Positions 33,556 through 43,873 of a stretch of 64,000 nt of DNA are shown one piece after another. Numbering within the stretch: the stretch's first letter is position 1; each line of letters opens with the position of its first letter. This stretch comes from an uncultured Chloroflexia bacterium. GTDB taxonomy: Bacteria; Chloroflexota; Anaerolineae; JAAYZQ01. The position numbers and the translations under genes were made by a program. The notes beneath the pieces are model-generated. The model saw nothing but the letters and a program-made list of their open reading frames with translations. It did no database searches and was not told where the DNA came from. The stretch is taken from NCBI GenBank assembly GCA_963700285.1, contig CAVOXA010000009.1:294631-358630 (forward strand). Direction: 5' to 3'.

Positions 33556-34560
33556 ATGCTGAGCAAGCATATCGGTGTAGACCTGGGGACCGTCAATGTC
33601 CTGGTCTGGGTAAAGGGCAAGGGGATCATCCTCCAAGAGCCCTCTGTCGTGGCCATTGCCCTCAACGACAACAAGATCGTGGCGGTGGGCAGCGACGCCC
33701 GCGATATGCTGGGCCGGACGCCGGATACCATCGAAGTCGCACGCCCATTGCGCGATGGCGTCATCGCTGACTATGTGGTCACGGAAGCCATGCTGCGCTA
33801 CTTTATCCAGAAAGTGGCGGGACGGGTTCGGATGTTCAAGCCGTTGATCGCCATCAGCGTGCCGGTAGGCGTCACGAGCGTCGAAAGCCGGGCGGTCCAT
33901 GACGCTGCCATCCAGGCAGGCGGGCGCGAAGCCTACCTGATCCCTGAACCCCTGGCGGCTGCGCTGGGTGCGGGCATGCCCGTAAACACGCCTACAGGCA
34001 ACTTGGTACTGGACGTCGGTGGTGGTACCAGCGAGGCCGCCGTCATCTCGATGAATGGTATCGTCCAGTTCGCCTCGGCCCGGGTAGGGGGCAACCGGAT
34101 TGACGATACAATTATCAGTTATGTAAAGAGGAAGTACAACCTGATGATCGGCGAGAAGACGGCAGAAGAGGTCAAGATCAAGATCGGCAGCGCCCTTCCG
34201 CTAGAAGAAGAGCTGAGCATGGAGCTTAGAGGCCGGGATCAGGTCACTGGACTGCCCAAGACTATCCGCATCACCTCTGGCGAAGTAACCGAGGCCATCG
34301 CCGAATCCCTGGCAACCATCGTGGGTGTGGTCAAGTCGGTGCTGGAAAAGACTCCGCCAGAGTTGGCATCCGACGTGATCGACCGGGGAATCGTCATGAC
34401 CGGTGGCGGGTCCTTGCTGCGAGGCTTTGATCGGATGCTGACAAAAGAGACGGGCGTCCCCTGCTACGTGGCCGACAATCCCATGGCCTGCGTGGCGCTG
34501 GGAGCAGGAAAAGCGCTGGAGGATTACGAGGTCATCAAGCGGAGTCTGCCCACATACTAG
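33556..34560 (+). CDS. mreB: MreB/Mbl rod-shape actin-like protein
   Basis: [35 protein letters not shown]. Confidence 0.95.
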   Translation: MLSKHIGVDLGTVNVLVWVKGKGIILQEPSVVAIALNDNKIVAVGSDARDMLGRTPDTIEVARPLRDGVIADYVVTEAMLRYFIQKVAGRVRMFKPLIAISVPVGVTSVESRAVHDAAIQAGGREAYLIPEPLAAALGAGMPVNTPTGNLVLDVGGGTSEAAVISMNGIVQFASARVGGNRIDDTIISYVKRKYNLMIGEKTAEEVKIKIGSALPLEEELSMELRGRDQVTGLPKTIRITSGEVTEAIAESLATIVGVVKSVLEKTPPELASDVIDRGIVMTGGGSLLRGFDRMLTKETGVPCYVADNPMACVALGAGKALEDYEVIKRSLPTY

Positions 34561-34670
34561 ACAGAAGAGGCGAGGGAACCAAAAGACGTATGGCGCCCAA
34601 GCAGGGCCATGCGTCTTTTCTTGTACCTGAGGCCTGCGGGTACCCATGCATCGATCCTGCCGGCCCTCTG

Positions 34671-35297
34671 CTATAGATAGTACGTCATGTGCTGCAAGTG
34701 GATTACGGGGTCGAAATACTGTACCCTTATACCGGCTGGCACTGTCACAGTGATCGGCGCATAGTTCAGAATGGCCTTGATGCCGGCCTCTACCAGATCG
34801 TCGACGACAGCCTGGGCTACACCGGTCGGGACGGCGACGATGGCAGTTCTGATCCCCAGCTCCTGGACCTTTTCCGGGAGTTCGGCCACGTCACAGATAT
34901 CCAAGTGGCCCAGACGGCGACCGATCTTTTGGGGGTTGTTGTCAAACACGCAAGATATGGTAAATCCACGGCCCTCAAAACCGCCATAATGGACAATTGC
35001 ATGGCCCAGATCGCCAGCACCGACGAGGGCCATCTCCCACTCGCGATCCACTTTCAGGATCTTTCTTAGCTGGTCGCGCAGGTGAGCAACATCGTAGCCC
35101 ATGCCCTGCTTGCCAAACTCGCCAAAGTGAGAAAGATCCTTGCGAATCTGAGCTGAGCTGATTCCCAACCGTCGCGCCAACTGCTTGGAAGCCGTGATCT
35201 GTTGCCCCTCATCCAGCAGGTGGTTCAAGGCCCGCAAATAGATGGGCAAGCGCCCCACGACAATGTCAGGTACTGGCTTGGCTTCTGACATCCCCAT
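34671..35297 (-). CDS. rex: redox-sensing repressor Rex
   Basis: [32 protein letters not shown]. Confidence 0.97.
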   Translation of the reverse strand: MGMSEAKPVPDIVVGRLPIYLRALNHLLDEGQQITASKQLARRLGISSAQIRKDLSHFGEFGKQGMGYDVAHLRDQLRKILKVDREWEMALVGAGDLGHAIVHYGGFEGRGFTISCVFDNNPQKIGRRLGHLDICDVAELPEKVQELGIRTAIVAVPTGVAQAVVDDLVEAGIKAILNYAPITVTVPAGIRVQYFDPVIHLQHMTYYL

Positions 35298-35321
35298 CTC
35301 CTTGTTCGAAATTGGCCGGTT

Positions 35322-35383
35322 TTGTGAAGGCTCTCACAACGAATCCCGTACCGCATGATACCACATTTCTTTACTTAATGCAA
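35322..35383 (-). promoter_or_regulatory. rex promoter and Rex operator
   Basis: TTGTGAAGGCTCTCACAA (35322-35339) versus consensus TTGTGAA-N4-TTCACAA; minus-strand TTGCAT-N17-TATCAT. Confidence 0.8.
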
Positions 35384-35563
35384 AAAATCCAGTCCAGGGC
35401 TTTGGCATCAAAAGTCTGGGTTTTGAAGAACACTGAGTTGGCTGATTGGGCAACCAGAGACGGCGAACTTGCAGGATTCTCAGATCAGGCATACCATGGG
35501 CAAAGCTCGAAAGCTTGACCCACAGCGAGCGAGTGGGGAATCCCCAGGGAGGCAACAGGACAC

Positions 35564-36274
35564 ATGAAACTGGAAGGCAGATTGAGGACGTTGGCTGAGA
35601 CAATGGGTGTGGACTTTTATGGTGTGGCTGACCTGGCCTTGGCCCACGATGCGATTCTAAAGCAGGGTGGGCCGGCTATCGCGGAATACCCGCGCGCCAT
35701 CTCTATGGGGATTGGGCTATTGCACCCCATCGTGGACCAGTTGCCACAGCACAAAGATCGGGCTGTGGCCATGCTCTATAGGCACCATGCCTACGACCTG
35801 GTGAACCAGCGCCTGGACCACGTTGCTTCGCCGCTGGCCAGCTTGATCCAGCGCGCGGGCTATAGGGCGCTGCCGGTGCCGGCCTCGCAGTCGGTGGACA
35901 GCGAACGACTATGCGCCGCTTTTTCCCACAAAATGGCGGCCCATCTGGCGGGCTTGGGCTGGATCGGCAGGAGCTGCATGCTGATCACACCGCAGGTGGG
36001 ACCGCGGGTGCGCTGGGCCACGGTACTCACCGACGCACCCGTGGAGCCGACTGGCGGGCCCATGGAGCAGCGCTGCGGCACGTGCCGGGAGTGCGTGGAT
36101 ATCTGCCCAGCCCAGGCGTATACCGGTGAACCCTACCGCATGGGGGAGCCACGGGAGGTACGCTTTGCGGCCCACAAGTGCAGTCAGTACTTTGACAAAA
36201 TGGAGGAGATCAAGGGGGTGTCGGTCTGCGGGCTCTGCCTGTACGTCTGTCCCAACGGCAGACAGAAAATCTAG
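35564..36274 (+). CDS. QueG/reductive-dehalogenase-like Fe-S protein
   Basis: SHKMAAHLAGLGWIG...GPRVR; CGTCRECVDICP; CGLCLYVCP. Confidence 0.8.
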   Translation: MKLEGRLRTLAETMGVDFYGVADLALAHDAILKQGGPAIAEYPRAISMGIGLLHPIVDQLPQHKDRAVAMLYRHHAYDLVNQRLDHVASPLASLIQRAGYRALPVPASQSVDSERLCAAFSHKMAAHLAGLGWIGRSCMLITPQVGPRVRWATVLTDAPVEPTGGPMEQRCGTCRECVDICPAQAYTGEPYRMGEPREVRFAAHKCSQYFDKMEEIKGVSVCGLCLYVCPNGRQKI

Positions 36275-38865
36275 TCGTTCTTGACTCTTTTCTGCAGCTC
36301 GTACAACTTGCTGATGGCGTCTAGTGGCGTCATGGCGCTCACATCCAGATCCTCGAGTTCTCTGAGAAGCGGGTTTCCTGTAGCAAACAGAGGCAACTGG
36401 CGTACCGTAATCGTTGGTCGTGCTGAACCGGGCACGCGAGCCACCTGTTCCAGTTCCTCCAAGATCTCCTGCGCGCGGTGGATGACCGGTTTCGGCAAGC
36501 CAGCCAATTGAGCCACGTGGATACCATAGCTCCGGTCGGCGCCGCCTGGTACGACGCGACGCAAAAAGACCGCCCTTCCCTTCTCCTCGGCCACGGCCAC
36601 GTTATAGTTGCGGATGTGAGGCAACAATTCAGACAGTTGTGTCAATTCGTGATAGTGGGTGGCAAAAAGTGTCCTGCAGTGCAGACGGGGGTGGTTGTGG
36701 ATGTGCTCGACCACAGCCCAAGCAATGGAGATGCCATCATAGGTGCTGGTGCCCCGCCCTACTTCGTCCAGGACCAACAGACTGCGACTGGTGGCGTGGT
36801 TTAGCAGGTTGGCGGTTTCGACCATCTCGACCATGAAGGTGGACTGTCCAGCGCTGATCTCGTCCCGGGCACCGATCCGGGTAAAAATGCGATCCACCAA
36901 TCCAATGCGCGCTTCATCCGCCGGCACGAAGGAACCAATCTGGGCCATCAGGACAATCAAGGCAACTTGGCGCAGGAAGGTGGATTTGCCGGCCATGTTG
37001 GGACCGGTGATGATGAGGATCGCCTCTTCCGGGGAGAAATGGACATCGTTGGGCACAAAGGGCTCTTCCCGCTGAATGGCCTCCACTACGGGATGCCGGC
37101 CAGCGACAATGTGCAGATCCTCGCTCTCCAGGAGCTGCGGCCGGACATAGCGGTTCATTAGTGCCACCTCGGCAAGGGCCGCGTACAGATCCAGGGCAGC
37201 CAAGGCTTGAGCTACCGCTCGCATCCGGCCCCCAGCCGCAGCAACTTGTTCCAACACCTGGCTGTAGATCCGCACCTCTAGATCCACAATGCGATCCTGG
37301 GCGTTGAGGATCAGTGCTTCATACTCTTTCAGTTCGGGTGTGATGTAACGCTCAGCATTGACCAAAGTCTGCTTGCGAATGTATTCCTCGGGGACACGAC
37401 CGGTATTGGCCTTGGTCACCTCCAAATAGTAGCCAAAGACCTTGTTGTAGCCGACCTTCAGGTTCTTGATGCCGGTCCGTGCCCGTTCCGTCTTTTCCAG
37501 ATCAGCAACCCAGACCTTGGCATCCCGCGACGCGGCAAGGATGTTATCTAATTCGGCAGAAAAGCCTGGCCGGATGACGCCTCCTACATTCAGCGTGGTC
37601 GGGGGATCGTCGACGATCGCCTGGCTGATGAGCGGAACAACATCCTGGCAGCGGTCGAGGTCCACCAAGGACCTCAGGAATGAATCCTCGGAATCCATCT
37701 GGGCCACCGAGTCCTGGAGCCCGGGCAATGTCTCCAGGCTATGGCAGATGCCCAACAGGTCACGGGGCCGGGCAATGCCCTGTACCGCACGACCCGCCAG
37801 ACGCTCCAGGTCAGAGACATCTTTGAGCATGGCACGCACCCGGGTACGTGCCGGCGTGTCGTGGTAGAAAGCCTCAACCGTGTCCAGGCGCTGGCTCAAG
37901 CGGTCCAGGTCCAGGAGAGGCTGGCTGAGCCAACGACGCAGCAACCGCCCGCCCATGCTGGTCACAGTAGCATCGAGCACGCCCAGCAGCGAGCCCTGTA
38001 CCGCACCCTGGCGCAGCGTTTCGGTCAGCTCTAGGTTCCGCCGGGTCGCCACATCCAGCGTCATGAACCGTTCTGTCGAATAGGCATGCAGAGTGGACAA
38101 CTGACCCAACTTTGACCGCTGCGTCTCGGCCAGGTAGTGGAGTAGTCCGCCGGCTGCCCGTACCGCCAAGGGCAGCCCTGCCATCCCAAAACCGTCCAGG
38201 CTCCCCACCTCAAAATGGTCCAGCAGGGCCTGGCGAGCGGTTTCAAGCTCGAATGGCCAGCGCTCATACTCGGTGATCACCAGGTCGGCCAGTGGCGAAC
38301 CGTAGCTTTGCCCTTCTCTCACAAACTCCTGATTGGTGGTAACAATTTCTGCCGGCTGCAGCCGGACGATTTCTTCGGCGGCCAAGTGGACAATGTCGCT
38401 CCCGACAAACTGCGTCGCTGCGAACTCGCCCGTCGTGATATCGGTATAGGCCAGTCCGGCCCGGTTTCCGTCCACGACCAAAGCGGACAGATAATTGTCA
38501 CGCCGGTCGTCGAGAAGGGCCGGATCCACTACCGTGCCCGGGGTGACGACGCGTACAACTTCCCGATCCACCAACCCCCTGGCCGGGACCTCGCCGATCT
38601 GCTCCACCATGGCCACCTTGTGTCCAGCCTGGATCAGCTTGGCGATGTAGCCGTCGACCGAGTGGTAGGGTACTCCCGCCAGCGGTACGCGCTGGTCCTT
38701 GCCCACCGGGCGCGAGGTCAGGACAATGTCGCACACCTGGGCGACGAGCTTGGCGTCGTCATCAAAGGTCTCGTAGAAATCGCCCAATCGGAAGAAGACA
38801 ATGGTATCGGGGTATTGTTTCTTGATGCGCAGATACTGCCGGCGCATAGGTGTGGTCATGGTCAC
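36271..38865 (-). CDS. mutS: DNA mismatch repair protein MutS
   Basis: FRLGDFYE, TGPNMAGKST, STFMVEM, DEVGRGTST, FATHYHEL. Confidence 0.99.
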   Translation of the reverse strand: MTMTTPMRRQYLRIKKQYPDTIVFFRLGDFYETFDDDAKLVAQVCDIVLTSRPVGKDQRVPLAGVPYHSVDGYIAKLIQAGHKVAMVEQIGEVPARGLVDREVVRVVTPGTVVDPALLDDRRDNYLSALVVDGNRAGLAYTDITTGEFAATQFVGSDIVHLAAEEIVRLQPAEIVTTNQEFVREGQSYGSPLADLVITEYERWPFELETARQALLDHFEVGSLDGFGMAGLPLAVRAAGGLLHYLAETQRSKLGQLSTLHAYSTERFMTLDVATRRNLELTETLRQGAVQGSLLGVLDATVTSMGGRLLRRWLSQPLLDLDRLSQRLDTVEAFYHDTPARTRVRAMLKDVSDLERLAGRAVQGIARPRDLLGICHSLETLPGLQDSVAQMDSEDSFLRSLVDLDRCQDVVPLISQAIVDDPPTTLNVGGVIRPGFSAELDNILAASRDAKVWVADLEKTERARTGIKNLKVGYNKVFGYYLEVTKANTGRVPEEYIRKQTLVNAERYITPELKEYEALILNAQDRIVDLEVRIYSQVLEQVAAAGGRMRAVAQALAALDLYAALAEVALMNRYVRPQLLESEDLHIVAGRHPVVEAIQREEPFVPNDVHFSPEEAILIITGPNMAGKSTFLRQVALIVLMAQIGSFVPADEARIGLVDRIFTRIGARDEISAGQSTFMVEMVETANLLNHATSRSLLVLDEVGRGTSTYDGISIAWAVVEHIHNHPRLHCRTLFATHYHELTQLSELLPHIRNYNVAVAEEKGRAVFLRRVVPGGADRSYGIHVAQLAGLPKPVIHRAQEILEELEQVARVPGSARPTITVRQLPLFATGNPLLRELEDLDVSAMTPLDAISKLYELQKRVKND

Positions 38866-39015
38866 AGCTCCTTAGCATGATGGCAGCGACGGTGATCCAT
38901 TGTACCATTACTACCCCCAGGCTGCAACCAGTTGTCACGCTGGTTCAGCAGATCTCATAGTGGCGCAAAAACGACCCTGGTTTTGCTTTCTGGTTTCAGA
39001 CATGCTATACTAAGC

Positions 39016-39079
39016 GGCAGGATTACCGCGGCAGGATTGCCGCGGCAGGACTGCCGTGGCAGGACTGCCATGGCAAGAT
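39016..39079 (+). repeat. 14-bp tandem repeat (about 4.5 copies) in the kinase 5' leader
   Basis: GGCAGGAYTRCCRY at 39016, 39030, 39044, 39058 and 39072, just after TGCTATACT. Confidence 0.85.
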
Positions 39080-39109
39080 CTTGGCCGCAGAAGATGGAGG
39101 AACGATCCC

Positions 39110-40715
39110 TTGCCCGATCGCGCTCGAAGCGCCGAATTGGCCGCGCTGACCTATATTGCCGCCCAGGTGAACTGCACGCAGGATCTGGACGAGATCCTGA
39201 GCGGTGCGCTGGAGACCACCCTGGGCGTGGTCGGCGTGGACGCCGGCGAGATCTTTCTCTTTGATGGCGAGACCGGCGAGTTGGCCCTACATGCCCAGCA
39301 GGGCCTGTCGGAGGCATTCGTCGCCGATGAGGCCATCCTCGGTCCCGGCGAGTGTCTATGCGGCCTATCCGTCGACTCGCAGGAACTGGTTGTGGCCGTC
39401 GATATTGCAGCCCATCCAGCCCGCAGCCGTCCAGCTTGCCTGCGAGAGGGTTTCCGCTCTCTCCTCTGCCTTCCGCTCCTGGCCCGCGGCGAGGTATTGG
39501 GGCTGCTGAACGTGCAGAGCCGTACTACGCGCCAGTTCACGACCGAAGACAAAGAGCTACTGACTGCCATTGGCAATCAGATCGGGATCGCCATCGCAAA
39601 TGCCCAACTGATCGAAGATGCCGAGCAGCGCCGGGCCACTCTGAACAGGGTGATGAACAGTCTGCTGGATGGATTGATCCTGGTCGACCGGCGGGGCAGG
39701 ATCACGTATGCCAATCCCCGTGCTGAAGAGATGCTTGGCCTGTCCGTGGGTACACTGGGAGGCCGGACCCTCGAGGCGGTGGAACAGCGGATCACCGACC
39801 AAGTCGCAGGCTGGGAACAGGTCCGTAGATTGCTCGAGAATGCGGCAGAACATCCTCCGAATACTCCTGCCGTGGAGTTGGTGCTGGCCGCGCCCCAATC
39901 ACATACTCTGCAGGCGCGCCCTTTCCCCATCTATGATTCTGGCGGGGCAAACCTGGGTCCGGGCATTTTGCTACGCGATATCACCCGAGAGAGAGAGCTG
40001 GACGAAATGAAGTCACAACTGCTCTCCACGGTGAGCCATGAACTACGCACCCCGCTGGCCAGCATCAAAGGCTTTGCCACCACCCTCCTGCGCGAGGACG
40101 TACAGTGGGACGAGAAGAGTCGACGCGAGTTTCTGTCAATCATTGACGAGGAAAGCGACCGCCTGTCTGAGCTGATCGGCAATCTGCTCGATATGTCACG
40201 TATTGAGGCTGGAACTCTTCGCGTGGAACCAGAGCCCACCGATTTGAGGCCTATCGTCGAGGAAACCGTGGCCGCGTTCCAGGTCATGACGCACGATCAC
40301 CAATTGCAGGCGGTCACGCCGCCGTGTGCTGCCACTGGTGATGGCTGATCCGCGCCGTATCCGGCAGGTACTGCGAAACCTGGTGGACAATGCGGTCAAG
40401 TACTCACCGAAGGGGGGGGGCATCGGCATTGCCATACGTGTGTCAGAGGAGAACCTGGAAATCTGTGTTACGGACCAGGGCCTGGGCATCGAACCCGACC
40501 ACATGGAGCACATCTTTGACCGATTCTATCAGGTGGATAGCGCCTCAACGAGAAAGGTGGGCGGAAGTGGTCTGGGCTTGTCTATTTGCAGGGCCATCGT
40601 AGAGGCCCATCGTGGGCGTATCTGGGCCAGAAGCCAGCCTGGCATTGGCAGTATCTTCTGTTTCACGCTACCCCATGGAGGAGCACGACCGTGCCTAGAA
40701 GGGCAACCATCCTAG
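39110..40715 (+). CDS. GAF-PAS sensor histidine kinase, frameshifted near 40325
   Basis: SHELRTPL H-box in the first ORF; NLVDNAVKYS, DQGLGI and GSGLGLSI in the second frame. Confidence 0.85.
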
Positions 40716-41401
40716 CCGTAGATGATGAGCCTCACGTCCTTAGACTGATCAAAGCCAACCTGGAATCGTCGAACTACCGGGTGCTGACCGCCACCGACGG
40801 CGAAGAAGCTGTCCGTAGCGTCGAGAACGAGCTGCCCGACCTGGTGATACTGGACATCATGCTGCCAAAGATGGACGGTTATGCTGTCTGCGGCCGTATC
40901 CGCGAGTTTTCCAGCGTGCCTATCATCATGCTCACTGCTCGCAGCGCCCAGGTAGACTTGGTCCACGGCTTTGAAGTAGGCGCTGACGACTATCTGACCA
41001 AACCGTTTGATGTCACCGAGCTGCTGATGCGGGTTCAGGCCGTACTCCGCCGCAGCAAGTGGCCCGAGGAGGTCATCACCCGGCACGGGTTCAAGGCAGG
41101 CCCCATCGAGATCGACTTTGCCCAGCACCGCGTCACAGTGGACGGCCAGGCGGTGAAGCTGACCCCTACCGAATATCGCCTGCTGGTCTACTTGACTTCC
41201 AATCCCAACCGCGTGATCATCCACCGGGAACTGCTGCGCGCCGTATGGGGACCGGAATATGGCGACGAAACCGAGTATCTACGGGTCTATATGCGCTATC
41301 TGCGCCAAAAACTCGAGCCCGATCCATCCACGCCCCGGTATCTCCTGACACAGCCAGGCGCCGGGTATATGTTCTACCAGCCCATTGAGGACCCGATCTG
41401 A
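40691..41401 (+). CDS. OmpR/KdpE-family response regulator
   Basis: VDDE, ILDIMLP, GADDYLTKPF, LTPTEY, LRVYMRYLRQKLE. Confidence 0.95.
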   Translation: MPRRATILAVDDEPHVLRLIKANLESSNYRVLTATDGEEAVRSVENELPDLVILDIMLPKMDGYAVCGRIREFSSVPIIMLTARSAQVDLVHGFEVGADDYLTKPFDVTELLMRVQAVLRRSKWPEEVITRHGFKAGPIEIDFAQHRVTVDGQAVKLTPTEYRLLVYLTSNPNRVIIHRELLRAVWGPEYGDETEYLRVYMRYLRQKLEPDPSTPRYLLTQPGAGYMFYQPIEDPI

Positions 41402-41575
41402 CAGCTTCTGACAGGGGCTGGCACATGGAACCCAGGTGTTTGACTTGTATGCACAGATATGATACGATTGGTCCAGTTTCGATCTGACCCAGACATTGCC
41501 AATTGTGGAACGCCATATCAGGCAGTCCATCCATGGCAGGCTCACCAAGAGTGTGCGCTTGAATGCACAGCAATC

Positions 41576-41639
41576 GATTCTAACAGGATTCTAACGGCCA
41601 TTCACCAGCCTCTTACGCGCCTCTAACAACAACTACGAT
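41576..41639 (+). promoter_or_regulatory. helically phased direct repeats (OmpR-type box) before a -10 element
   Basis: TCTWAC at 41579, 41590, 41611 and 41622; TACGAT at 41634. Confidence 0.6.
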
Positions 41640-41650
41640 AAGATGGGGGT

Positions 41651-42034
41651 ATGGATGAGCAGCGTGTATTGGCAGTGGAGTGCAACTGGCGCATTCGCAA
41701 GTTGATCCGGGCCAACCTTGAGGCCATGGGACTCACAGTACATGAGGCGGTCAGCGGGCAGCATGCACTGCAGATGATCGGCCAGTCCCAGCCCGATCTG
41801 ATCCTCGTCGATCTGGATGCACCGGGCATGGATCCAATTGCCCTGTTGAGCGCTATTCAGGTGCTCCTCGCTGGCAGACCGGCGCCTGTCGTCGTGATGT
41901 GCGCCGAACCGCCTGACTTCCGGATGCTTCAACAGGGACCACCGGTGGCGGGTTTCTTGCAGAAACCCTTTTCCGCACCGCTCTTGATGGAGCAGGTACA
42001 ACAGGCATTGGGCAACGAACCAGTAGTTGAATGA
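41651..42034 (+). CDS. stand-alone receiver-domain protein
   Basis: PDLILVDLD and FLQKPF; atypical acidic pocket (VECN). Confidence 0.8.
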   Translation: MDEQRVLAVECNWRIRKLIRANLEAMGLTVHEAVSGQHALQMIGQSQPDLILVDLDAPGMDPIALLSAIQVLLAGRPAPVVVMCAEPPDFRMLQQGPPVAGFLQKPFSAPLLMEQVQQALGNEPVVE

Positions 42035-42094
42035 CCGGCTCTTGGAACAGTCGCAGAAGACATACCAGTTTATTCCAATGAGGGAGAGTGACCA

Positions 42095-42598
42095 ATGAAG
42101 GCAATGACGAACGAGAATCTGAAGGCAGCCTTGGCCGGTGAGAGCCAGGCCCACATCAAGTACCTGGCCTTTTCAGCGAAGGCGGAAAAGGAAGGCAAAC
42201 CCAATATCGCCCGGCTCTTTGAGGCCATCGCCTATGCTGAGCAGGTCCATGCCACCAACCACTTGAAGGAACTGGGTGGGATTGGCGACACCGTGGCCAA
42301 CCTGCAGTCAGCCATCGATGGTGAGACCTTTGAGGTCGAAGAAATGTACGCGGCCTATCTGCCCGTGGCCGAGTTGCAGGAAGAGAAGGGCGCCAAGCGG
42401 AGCATGACCTACGCAATTGAGGCGGAAAAGATCCATGCGAACATGTACGGTGCTGCCAAGGTAGCCGCCGAGGCAGGCAAAGACATTGACATCCCAGAGG
42501 TCTATATCTGTCCCGTGTGCGGGTTTACCCACATTGGTGAGCCGTCCGAAAAGTGCCCAGTTTGCGGCGCCAAGAAAGATCGGTTCAAAGCCTTCTAG
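42095..42598 (+). CDS. rubrerythrin family protein
   Basis: GESQA, EQVH, GETFE, EKIH; C-terminal CPVCG...CPVCG rubredoxin domain. Confidence 0.95.
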   Translation: MKAMTNENLKAALAGESQAHIKYLAFSAKAEKEGKPNIARLFEAIAYAEQVHATNHLKELGGIGDTVANLQSAIDGETFEVEEMYAAYLPVAELQEEKGAKRSMTYAIEAEKIHANMYGAAKVAAEAGKDIDIPEVYICPVCGFTHIGEPSEKCPVCGAKKDRFKAF

Positions 42599-42754
42599 GA
42601 ACACGAAGGCGGTTGTGCCCAGGCAGTAAAGTAGATCGATGGTCTGGGGCAGTGACGAATGATAAAGGAGGAGTGGCTTTATGGATTCTCCTTTGCCATT
42701 CATTCATGTGTTCACTATCTTACCAGCCCAACGCGAGGTTCTAGGCAAAAATCC

Positions 42755-43873
42755 ATGCAGGTAATCTTTCCCTTCACAGCCCTCGTCGGCCAGGAATCAA
42801 TGAAAACGGCGCTGATCCTCAATGCGATCAGCCCCAAGATCGGCGGCGTACTGATCCGGGGAGAACGCGGTACCGCCAAGTCTACCGCTGCCCGCGCTTT
42901 GGCGGCCTTGCTGCCAGAGATCGACGTCGTCGCTGACTGCCCCTTCAACTGCGATCCCCATCGACCCGAGCGGCTCTGCGACAATTGTCGCGAGCGGGTC
43001 GCCAGTGGCGAGAGCCTGGCGTTCAGCAAGCGCCGGACGCGTTTCGTGGATCTGCCCGTGAGCGCTACCGAGGACCGTGTGGTCGGTACGCTGGACATTG
43101 AGGCGGCCATCAAAACCGGCAAAAAGAAATTTGAGCCAGGCGTCCTGGCTGCAGCGAATCGGAGCCTGCTGTACGTGGACGAAGTAAATCTGCTGGACGA
43201 CCACGTCGTGGACCTCCTCCTCGATTCGGCAGCCATGGGCCGCAATATGATCGAGCGAGAGGGGATCTCTTTTAGCCATCCGTCGCGCTTTATCCTGGTG
43301 GGCACGATGAACCCTGAAGAGGGAGAGTTGCGCCCCCAACTCTTGGACCGCTTTGCTTTGTGCGTTGAAATCAAGGGAATCGGCGCCCATCAGTCCCGTG
43401 TGGAAATCCTGGAACGCACCGTCCAGTTTGAGAGCGATCCAGAGGGCTTTCGCGCCGAGTGGGAGCCCTACGAGGAACAACTGTCCCAGGACATCGCCCG
43501 CGCCAGGGTGGTGCTGCCCACGGTGACCTACGAGTCCCAAGACCTCTATACCATCGCCGAGCTGACCACCAGTTTTGAGGTGGACGGTCACCGGGCTGAC
43601 ATTGTCATTCTCAAAGCTGCCCTGGCCCACGCTGCCTACCGGCTGGCCCGCAATGGCAGGCAGCCCGAGGAAGCAGCCGTCACGATGCTGGACATCCTGG
43701 CCGCGGCCGAACTGGCCCTGGCCCATCGCCTCAAGCGCCAGCCCTTCCAGGATACCGAGAACCGGCTGGATGAGCTTTCGAACCGGCTGGAGGAAGCTCG
43801 CCGGGAGCAACAGGAATCCAGAGCACCCGGTAGCTCCATGACCGAGCCTTCTGCCGGAAAAAAAAAGACGTAA
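42755..43873 (+). CDS. Mg/Co chelatase AAA+ subunit (ChlI-like; N-half of a frameshifted chlD)
   Basis: [36 protein letters not shown]. Confidence 0.92.
   Translation: MQVIFPFTALVGQESMKTALILNAISPKIGGVLIRGERGTAKSTAARALAALLPEIDVVADCPFNCDPHRPERLCDNCRERVASGESLAFSKRRTRFVDLPVSATEDRVVGTLDIEAAIKTGKKKFEPGVLAAANRSLLYVDEVNLLDDHVVDLLLDSAAMGRNMIEREGISFSHPSRFILVGTMNPEEGELRPQLLDRFALCVEIKGIGAHQSRVEILERTVQFESDPEGFRAEWEPYEEQLSQDIARARVVLPTVTYESQDLYTIAELTTSFEVDGHRADIVILKAALAHAAYRLARNGRQPEEAAVTMLDILAAAELALAHRLKRQPFQDTENRLDELSNRLEEARREQQESRAPGSSMTEPSAGKKKT
43858..43867 (+). other. slippery site A9G (A_AAA_AAG) for -1 frameshift or transcriptional slippage
   Basis: GGA AAA AAA AAG ACG TAA; the -1 frame is open continuously into the VWA ORF. 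Confidence 0.8.

Noticed and set aside
40315-40335. Programmed frameshift in the histidine kinase (and in hom near 52958)
   Set aside because: No slippery sequence, and the truncated products would be non-functional; error or mutation is more likely.
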